Origin: an uncultured Chloroflexia bacterium
GTDB lineage: Bacteria; Chloroflexota; Limnocylindria; Limnocylindrales; CSP1-4
Assembly (NCBI GenBank): GCA_963766735.1
Contig: CAVYBU010000014.1
Location: forward strand, 1 to 10,779
Direction of reading: 5' to 3'
Length of the DNA: 10,779 bases
Shown here in pieces: positions 1 through 6,528 of the stretch. Below the pieces are notes generated by a model. The model did not search any database, was not told where the DNA came from, and saw only the letters and a program-made list of their open reading frames with translations. The position numbers and the translations under genes are program-made. How positions within the stretch are numbered: the first letter of the stretch is position 1; the number at the start of each line of letters is the position of its first letter.

Positions 1-18
1 CGAGACCGCGATCTTCAT
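1..18 (-). CDS. Possible 5' end of a gene running off the left edge (MKIAVS...)
   Basis: The minus strand reads ATG AAG ATC GCG GTC TCG from nt 18, a typical N-terminal beta-strand start with GC-ending codons. A weak GGCGG lies 6 nt upstream. Only 6 codons are visible and other frames are also open at the edge. Confidence 0.3.
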
Positions 19-250
19 CGCGCGCCGCCGTGCGTCGGCGGGCAACTTCGCATGCCACGGGAATCAGAAGGTCTGCCCATGACCCAAGCGTCCGTATGAC
101 CCCGGACCCCGACAAGGACCGGAGGACCCACTTTGCGTGCCATGAGTCATACGCAGGGTCGCCCGATGGTCAGGGGTCGACAGCGCCGGCCGATCGGTGA
201 GGGTCGGATCGATTCGAGCCGTAGGGAGCCAGCTCCGGCATCCGTTGCGG

Positions 251-1244
251 TCAGTCCGGCTGGCCCGCCGCCTTGAACAGGCGCTCGATGACCCGCATGT
301 TGGCCACGGAGTCGTCGGGCGTGATGGGCAGCGCGGCCCCGTCGAGCACCGCGTCCGCGAACCGGTCCGCCTGGACGCCGTACTGGTCCGCGGGGGCGAA
401 CTCCAGGATCTCGGTGGCCGGGGCCACTGGCGGATCCCCGCCGGCGGTCACGAGCACGCGCGACGGCAGGTCGGGCGGGATGTTGAACGGGATCTCGATC
501 TCGATCCGCCCGGCCGTGCCGTAGACGTGGACCCGCTGGTCCGGCTCGACCTGGGTGGCGCAGGTGAACGTCGCCGTGCCCGCGGGGAACGTGAGCAGGC
601 CGCTGGTGAGGATGTCGACACCACTGGCCGGATCCCGGACGACCGATGCCGCGACGGAGGTGGGTTCCTCGCCGAACAGCATCCGCGACACGTTGACCGC
701 GTAGCAGCCGATGTCCATCAGGGCGCCGCCGCCGTACGCACGGATGTTGCGGATGTTGGCCGGGTCATCGAGGAAGTAGGAGAACCAGGAGTCGACCGCC
801 CACAGCCGGCCGATGCGCCCGGAGGCGACGAGGTCGCGCACGGCAACCCAGGACGGGTGCTGGCGGTACATGAAAGCTTCCATCAGGACGACGCCGGCAT
901 CCCGGCAGGCATCGACCATCTCCTGCGCTTCGGTGGCCGTCATGCCCAGCGGCTTCTCGCACAGCACGTGCTTGCCGGCGCGAGCCGCGGCGATCGTCCA
1001 CGCCGCGTGCAGGTGGTTCGGAAGCGGCACGTACACGGCATCGATGTCGGGGTCCGCGAGGAGCTCCTCGTACGACCCGTAGGCGCGCGGGATCCCGAGG
1101 TCCCTGGCGGTGGCCTCCGCCCGCCCGCGGTCACGCGAGGCGATCCCCAGGACTTCGCAGCGCTGCTGCGGTGCGCATCCCAGGAATGACCTTGGTGACG
1201 GCGATGCTGGCGGTGGACAGGATGCCCCACCGGAGAACGCTCAT
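251..1244 (-). pseudogene. Gfo/Idh/MocA family NAD(P)-dependent oxidoreductase, interrupted by a net +1 frameshift at about 1160-1175 (about 330 aa if repaired)
   Basis: ATG at 1244, with upstream AGAAGGGTGG, encodes the Rossmann start MSVLRWGILSTASIAVTKVIPGMRTA and then stops at 1133-1131. The neighbouring frame continues RCEVLGIASRD...AYGSYEELLADPDIDAVYVPLPNHLH...AGKHVLCEKPL...GGGALMDIGCY to the stop at 251. The EKP and GGGALxDIGCY motifs are family hallmarks. The track ORF 251..1036 is only the downstream part. The break may be a sequence error rather than a true pseudogene. Confidence 0.85.
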
Positions 1245-1317
1245 CTCGATCCACCCTTCTTGAGTCGAGCACTTTGGCCAAGGCGACCGCATCGCGTTGG
1301 CGAGCCGTCACATGACC

Positions 1318-2574
1318 CTACCCCACCCCACCGGCAGCAGCACGTTCCGCGAGGACGAGCGTCCCGTCGGAGGTGTCCGGCGACGCCGAAGCGTGTCGGT
1401 CGGCCTTGGCTGCTGCTTCTCCCGCGGTGCCGGAACCCGACCCGTCGGGCCCTGCCAGGTCCTGCGGCGTGACCACCCGGAGCTCGAGGGCAAGCGTCAG
1501 GTACATCGCGTGCGACCAGAGCAAGGGCGTCGCGACCGGTCCCCAGCGCAGCATCCAGTCATCGATCATGGCCGGCGCCAGGACGCGGTCGAGAACCTGC
1601 TCCGGCAGATCGCCATTCGGCGCCGCCTGACGTGCGATCCAGGCGAGCTCCGCAAGGGCATCGTCGGTGCGGCCGACACTGGCCCGATTCCAGCCGAGAA
1701 AGGCCGCCAGGAGCAACCATCGGCCTCCGCCGTAGTAGGTATCCCCGAGATACCGGTGGACGCCGCGATCGATGACGAGGGCGGCTTCGACGGCCTCGAC
1801 GGTCGCAATCATGAGAGGGTCATCGGGCGCCACAACGCCAAACGGCACCCCGGCCGCCAGCAGGCTGCCGTCCACGTTGTCACCGCCAAGCCACTTGGAG
1901 AGGTGCCCCAGGCGCTGGGCGTCGGCTCGGACGGTGTCGCGGATCACCAGGGATGTGCGGGCAAAGGCGTCGCGATCGTTGTCCGAGATGCCGTCCCAGG
2001 ACGCCGCTGCCGCCAGTCCCGCGTAGACGGCAGCAAGCGTCGAGCTGTGCCGCTCGCGCGGGTGCTCCTCCCACCAGTCGTAGCTCGGATCGTTCCAGAA
2101 GGCGGCGACATAGCGAGCGGACAGCGCGGCGCCGTCCAGGTACCGTTCGATGGTCCGGCCATGCCGCCCGCGATGGGCATCGAGTGCCCATAGCCAGGCG
2201 CCGTAGCCATCGAGCTGGAAGTCGGCCCACTCCGCACCCGTCTCCTCGCCCGTGACCGTGAACCGCGCGTGGAGGAACTCGCCGGCGTTGATCGGCTTGC
2301 CGGCACGCCGGCGGGCGACGAGCATCTCGATGCGATCGGCGCGATCCTGCACCACCTTCGCGCACCACCCGAAGAACGCCTCGGCGGAGGCGATCCGGCC
2401 TGCCCGGCTCATCGCATCGGCGATGAAGGCGCCATCGCGCAGCCAGCTGAAGCGGTAGACGGGGAAGTTCGGCGACGCCAGGTAGGCCCCACCGGCGTGC
2501 TGGTTGTCCGTGATGACCTGGATGCTCCGAGCGGCGATCGCACGCAGGTGGGCGATATCGGTGTCGGGCGTCAT
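1318..2574 (-). CDS. Glycoside hydrolase family 15 protein (isomaltose glucohydrolase / glucoamylase-like, cytoplasmic), 418 aa
   Basis: GH15 motifs: YRFSWLRDG, FQLDGYG, YDWWEE (general acid), GDLPEQ (general base), PLLWSHAMY. Start moved from 2625 to the ATG at 2574 (MTPDTDIAHL), which follows a G-rich GGGGTGGTGGG ribosome-binding region. No signal peptide is visible. Confidence 0.92.
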   Translation of the reverse strand: MTPDTDIAHLRAIAARSIQVITDNQHAGGAYLASPNFPVYRFSWLRDGAFIADAMSRAGRIASAEAFFGWCAKVVQDRADRIEMLVARRRAGKPINAGEFLHARFTVTGEETGAEWADFQLDGYGAWLWALDAHRGRHGRTIERYLDGAALSARYVAAFWNDPSYDWWEEHPRERHSSTLAAVYAGLAAAASWDGISDNDRDAFARTSLVIRDTVRADAQRLGHLSKWLGGDNVDGSLLAAGVPFGVVAPDDPLMIATVEAVEAALVIDRGVHRYLGDTYYGGGRWLLLAAFLGWNRASVGRTDDALAELAWIARQAAPNGDLPEQVLDRVLAPAMIDDWMLRWGPVATPLLWSHAMYLTLALELRVVTPQDLAGPDGSGSGTAGEAAAKADRHASASPDTSDGTLVLAERAAAGGVG

Positions 2575-2704
2575 CCCACCACCCCCTGGCCGAGGCCGCC
2601 GAGCTCCCGCCAGATCACGGACCACACCCGAATCCGCGGGGCGGCAGTGTCGCTGCTCACGCGATCCTTCTCATCACCGGCCGTCCCGTCTGCCCGCGTT
2701 CCGA

Positions 2705-2713
2705 TGCGATACT
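2705..2713 (+). promoter_or_regulatory. Putative extended -10 element (TG-N-GATACT) for a leaderless amylase transcript
   Basis: TG at 2705-2706, GATACT at 2708-2713, then 8 nt to the ATG at 2722. No Shine-Dalgarno precedes that ATG. Confidence 0.45.
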
Positions 2714-2721
2714 CCATCCAG

Positions 2722-4434
2722 ATGTCGCCCATTCGTCTCCTGGCCGTCCTGCTCCTCGTGGCGGTCGCGGTCGCGGGTTGCGGTGGATCGATCCAGGGTC
2801 CTGCCCCATCCGCCTCCCGCTCGACGCCGAGCTCGACCGCTGCAGCCATCGCGTCGACCATTCCGAGCTGCCCTCCACCGACGACCGTCCCGCGAGACGA
2901 TCCCTGGTGGACGGACCGGGTCTTCTACGAAGTGTTCATCCGCAGCTTCGCGGATTCCGACGGCGACGGCACTGGAGATCTCGCCGGCCTGACCGCCCGG
3001 CTCGATGCGCTCAACGACGGCGATCCGTCCACCCACGACGACCTGGGGATCACGGCCCTGTGGCTCATGCCGGTCGCGACGTCCCCCAGCTATCACGGCT
3101 ATGACGTTGCCGACTACCGGGTTGTCGATCCCGACTACGGGACCAACGACGACTTCAGGACGCTGGTCGCCGCTGCCCGTGAGCGGGGGATCGAGATCAT
3201 CGTCGACCTCGTGATGAATCACACCTCCGTGGAGCACCCCTGGTTCGTGGATGCCCGGACGCCGGGTTCCGAACACGACGACTGGTATGTCTGGTCGGAC
3301 GAACGCCCGAGCGTCAACGGCCCCGGTGGTCGTCCCGTGTGGCATGCCGATGGGGACCGCTGGTACTACGGCTACTTCTGGGAGGGAATGCCCGACCTGA
3401 ACGTGGCCGAGCCGGCCGTGACCGCCGAGATCGATGACATCGCCCGGTTCTGGGTCGACGAGATGGGCGTGGCCGGGTTCCGGCTGGACGCCGCCAGGCA
3501 CCTGATCGAGGATGGCAGCACACTCGAGAACACGCCGGCCACCATCGACTGGCTGCGCGGGTTCCGCGGCCGACTCCATGATCACGATCCTCGCACCCTC
3601 GTCCTGGGCGAGGTCTGGGACGCGACCTCGGTGGCGTCGAGATACGTCACCGATGGCGCGCTGGACCTGACCTTCGATTTCGGCCTTGCCGGTCAATTCC
3701 TCGCGGCCGTGCGGAACGCCGACGCAAGCTCGACGCGGATCATCCAATCCGAGGTGACGGGCGCCTATCCAGCCGGTGGCTACGCGGCGTTCCTCACCAA
3801 TCACGACCAGGACCGAACCATGGACATGGTCGGCGGAGACATCAGCCGCGCCAAGCAGGCGGCGACCCTGCTGCTGACCAACCCGGGGATCCCGTTCATC
3901 TACTACGGCGAGGAGGTCGGGCTCCGCGGGCGAAAGCCGGACGAGCGGATCCGGACCCCACTGCCCTGGACGGGCGACAGCCCGGGATTCGGGTTCACGA
4001 CCGCGGAACCCTGGCAACCGATGGCCGCAGACGTCGAGACGTCGAACGTGGCTGTCCAGACCGACGACCCCGACTCGATCCTGTCGCACTACCGCGAGCT
4101 GATCCGGCTCCGGTCGGACCAACCGGCCCTGCGTCCCGGTGGCGGACTGGTCTCGATCGAGGCGTCGGACAGGGCCGTCTACGCCGTCCTCCGTCATGAC
4201 CCGGCTGGGGCACCCCTGGTCATCATCTCCAACCTGTCCGACGATCCGGTCGCCGATGTGGCGCTGTCGCTCCCCGCCGGACCACTCTGTGGATCGCCCC
4301 AGCCGGACGTCCTGCTGGGCTCCCCGATCGCGAGCCTCACTCCCCCGCTGGTGACGGCGGCCGGAGGATTCGACGGGTGGCGGATCGGGCCGATGGAACC
4401 GCACCAGGACCTGGTGATCTCACTCGGGCCGTGA
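2722..4434 (+). CDS. GH13 alpha-amylase family lipoprotein (MPDLN-type, GH13_36-like), about 570 aa
   Basis: Signal peptide with lipobox MSPIRLLAVLLLVAVAVAG-C20, then an S/T/P/A-rich linker. GH13 regions: DSDGDGTGDLAG, WLMP, YHGYD, DLVMNH, MPDLN (3388-3402), GFRLDAARH (nucleophile Asp 3487), GEVW (Glu 3610), FLTNHD (Asp 3805), IYYGEE. The track's 2269 start overlaps the GH15 gene and is rejected. ATG 2704 is an alternative start. Confidence 0.93.
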   Translation: MSPIRLLAVLLLVAVAVAGCGGSIQGPAPSASRSTPSSTAAAIASTIPSCPPPTTVPRDDPWWTDRVFYEVFIRSFADSDGDGTGDLAGLTARLDALNDGDPSTHDDLGITALWLMPVATSPSYHGYDVADYRVVDPDYGTNDDFRTLVAAARERGIEIIVDLVMNHTSVEHPWFVDARTPGSEHDDWYVWSDERPSVNGPGGRPVWHADGDRWYYGYFWEGMPDLNVAEPAVTAEIDDIARFWVDEMGVAGFRLDAARHLIEDGSTLENTPATIDWLRGFRGRLHDHDPRTLVLGEVWDATSVASRYVTDGALDLTFDFGLAGQFLAAVRNADASSTRIIQSEVTGAYPAGGYAAFLTNHDQDRTMDMVGGDISRAKQAATLLLTNPGIPFIYYGEEVGLRGRKPDERIRTPLPWTGDSPGFGFTTAEPWQPMAADVETSNVAVQTDDPDSILSHYRELIRLRSDQPALRPGGGLVSIEASDRAVYAVLRHDPAGAPLVIISNLSDDPVADVALSLPAGPLCGSPQPDVLLGSPIASLTPPLVTAAGGFDGWRIGPMEPHQDLVISLGP

Positions 4435-4452
4435 CGCTGCAGACCGCCCTCG

Positions 4453-5394
4453 CTACCCCTTGACCCCACCGATGGCCAATCCGCCGATGATGTACTTCTG
4501 CAGGAAGATGTACACGATCGAGACCGGCAGGGCGAACATGATGGCGAAGGCACTGAACTCCGACCATGGGGTTTGGGTGGCGTACTGGCCGACCATCCCG
4601 TTGAGTGCCACCGCCAGGGTGAACTGGCTGGCGTCGGACAGGAAGATCACCGAGAAGTAGTACTCGGTCCACCCGGCGATGAACCCCAGGAACCCGGTGA
4701 CGGCGAGGGCCGGAACAGCCAACGGCAGGATGATCCGAACGAAGGACTGGTTGCGTGTCGCCCCATCCACCGAGGCCGCCTCCTCCAGCTCACGCGGAAT
4801 GGTGTCCAGGTAGCCCTTGAGGTTCCAGATCGCAAAGGGGAGCATCCCGGAGGTGATCGCGACGATCACCCCGATGAGCGAGCGACCCAGGGTGAAATCG
4901 CCGATCTGGACACGGGTCAGCAGCACGAACAGCGGCGCGATGGTGGCGACCGCCGGGAGCATCAGGACGGCAAGGATCGCGACCATCAGGACCTCACGGC
5001 CGCGGAAATCGATCCGCGAGAATGCGTAGGCCGCAGTGACCCCGATGAGGACCGACGTCAGCGAGGTGACGGAGGCTACGAAGAATGAGTTTCGGGCGAG
5101 CTCCATGAAGGACACCGGGTTGCTCGTCGGCTGGGCGAGCACGTTGGCATAGGCGTCGAGCGAGATCCCGGGCGGAATCAGGTTCAACCCGTCCGGGCGG
5201 GTGAGCCCGCGAGGATCCAGCGACAGGCTCACGACCCACAGCAGAGGGAAGGCCACGCTGAAGGCGATCCCCAGGCAGACGAGCTGGTAGAGGATCTGCT
5301 TGCGGAGCGGGAGCTTCCTTTCCGTGGGCTCGGACTTCCTCGACCAGATCCGGAGTCCGGCCCGGCCCGTTCCGCGGGCGGCCAGCGATGTCAT
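4453..5394 (-). CDS. Carbohydrate ABC transporter permease (CUT1, MalG-like), 313 aa
   Basis: Multiple TM segments, EAA loop YLDTIPRELEEAASVDGA, typical C-terminus LQKYIIGGLAIGGVKG, and RBS GGAGG upstream. Confidence 0.95.
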   Translation of the reverse strand: MTSLAARGTGRAGLRIWSRKSEPTERKLPLRKQILYQLVCLGIAFSVAFPLLWVVSLSLDPRGLTRPDGLNLIPPGISLDAYANVLAQPTSNPVSFMELARNSFFVASVTSLTSVLIGVTAAYAFSRIDFRGREVLMVAILAVLMLPAVATIAPLFVLLTRVQIGDFTLGRSLIGVIVAITSGMLPFAIWNLKGYLDTIPRELEEAASVDGATRNQSFVRIILPLAVPALAVTGFLGFIAGWTEYYFSVIFLSDASQFTLAVALNGMVGQYATQTPWSEFSAFAIMFALPVSIVYIFLQKYIIGGLAIGGVKG

Positions 5395-5412
5395 CGATCC
5401 GCCTCCGTTCGA

Positions 5413-6420
5413 TCAGGCGTCATAGCGAGCCGTCGCCTTGGCCAGCTTGTTCGTCACCAGGGTGATCGCCAGCAGGATGAAGAACAGGATGATGGAGAAC
5501 GCCGCTGCCACCCCGTACAGGTGTTGCTCGTTGACCAGCCGGAAGGCCTGGGTCACCAGCAGCTCCGTCCGCCCGAATGGCTGACCGGCCGACATGAAGT
5601 AGGAGAGATAGAAGAGGTTGAAGGTCACCACGAAGCCATAGATCGCATACGGCAGCATGGCCGGGCGCAGGTAGGTCAGGGTGACGGTCTTGAACTTCTG
5701 CCAGGGCGACGCGCCGTCCATCTCGGCGGCCTCGTACAGCTCTCCCGGGATGCTCTGGAGCGCCCCGGTCGCCACGACCGAATTGAGGGGCCAGCCCAGC
5801 CACGTGTTCGCGGTCAACAGGGCGAAGTAGGCCAGCGGCAACGGGATGAACGGGATCGGGTCCTCTGCCTGCCGAAGCCAGGCGATCTGGAAGACATCCG
5901 CCGGGATCGTGAACCAGCCCCCGATGATCGTGAGGATCTGATTGATCGCGCCGTAGTCCTGGTCGAACATGTTCCGCCAGACGTTGGCCACGATGATCGG
6001 CGGGATGACCACCGGCAGGATGTAGATCGCCCGCCAGAATCGCTTGAAGCGGAGCCCCTGGGTGTTCAGGGTGACGGCGATGATCACGCCGAGGACGACG
6101 TGGATGGCCACGTTGCTGAGCGCCCACCATATGTTGAACAGGACGAGGCGCAGGAACTCGAAGTTGGGGATCGACAGGTTGCTCGTCAGGATCCTGATGT
6201 AGTTGTCGAGTCCGACGAACGGCGCCGCCTCGGCGCCCACTCTCAGGTTGCGCAACCCGAAGTCCGTGAAGGACATGTAGGTCTGGTAGGCCAGCGGATA
6301 GAAGGTGATGAGACCCATCACCAGGAAGGCCGGCGTCAGATAGAGATATGCCGCCCTGGTGTCGGAGCTGATCCTGCGGCGGCGCTTCGGTTTCGGGAGC
6401 TGGACCGATGCAGCGGTCAC
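5413..6420 (-). CDS. Carbohydrate ABC transporter permease (CUT1, MalF-like), 335 aa
   Basis: AYLYLTPAF...FYPL...SFTD, FVGLDNY, EAA loop ALQSIPGELYEAAEMDGASPWQKF, YGVAAA. GTG start with GGAGGAGGG upstream. Confidence 0.95.
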   Translation of the reverse strand: MTAASVQLPKPKRRRRISSDTRAAYLYLTPAFLVMGLITFYPLAYQTYMSFTDFGLRNLRVGAEAAPFVGLDNYIRILTSNLSIPNFEFLRLVLFNIWWALSNVAIHVVLGVIIAVTLNTQGLRFKRFWRAIYILPVVIPPIIVANVWRNMFDQDYGAINQILTIIGGWFTIPADVFQIAWLRQAEDPIPFIPLPLAYFALLTANTWLGWPLNSVVATGALQSIPGELYEAAEMDGASPWQKFKTVTLTYLRPAMLPYAIYGFVVTFNLFYLSYFMSAGQPFGRTELLVTQAFRLVNEQHLYGVAAAFSIILFFILLAITLVTNKLAKATARYDA

Positions 6421-6476
6421 CGGGCTCTTCCCTCCTCCGTTCCGACTCCGTTGGATGCGCGGGCGCGGTAATGATG

Positions 6477-6510
6477 CACCAGCGGGGCCCCCTGTGGAAC
6501 CCCGCTGGTG
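6477..6510 (-). terminator. Strong intercistronic stem-loop after the binding-protein gene (mRNA-stabilising hairpin or partial terminator)
   Basis: Perfect 11-bp inverted repeat CACCAGCGGGG (6477-6487) / CCCCGCTGGTG (6500-6510). On the minus RNA it extends to 15 bp (UUCC-ACAG-GGGG, two U-G pairs). It starts 18 nt after the stop and has no U-tract. Confidence 0.7.
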
Positions 6511-6528
6511 TGGCGTTGGCCCGGAGGG

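Noticed and set aside
52-78. GCCACGGGAATCAGAAGGTCTGCCC resembling the 3' B12-box of a cobalamin riboswitch
   Set aside because: The core AGACCUGCC is mismatched, the spacing to GCCAC is too short, and no plus-strand gene follows.
2-82. Plus-strand open frame ETAIFIARRRASAGNFACHGNQKVCP* as the 3' end of a gene
   Set aside because: Too short to judge, no recognisable motif, and it is the antisense of the equally plausible MKIAVS start. Left unresolved.
197-2193. Plus-strand ORFs 197..1189 (330 aa) and 1297..2193 (298 aa)
   Set aside because: Antisense shadows of the oxidoreductase and GH15 genes; Arg/Gly/His-rich with no motifs, as expected in high-GC DNA.
2269-2721. 151-aa N-terminal extension of the amylase in the ORF track
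   Set aside because: It overlaps the GH15 gene antisense and would bury the lipoprotein signal peptide.
2571-2861. 96-aa minus ORF ending in an ATGA overlap with GH15, whose C-terminus GGLGQGVVG is faintly like the permease end GGLAIGGVKG
   Set aside because: It overlaps the amylase signal region antisense, and the similarity is only a few Gly residues, too little to claim a permease remnant.
2674-4404. 576-aa minus-strand ORF spanning the amylase
   Set aside because: Codon-register antisense shadow of a GC3-rich gene, with no domain-like content.
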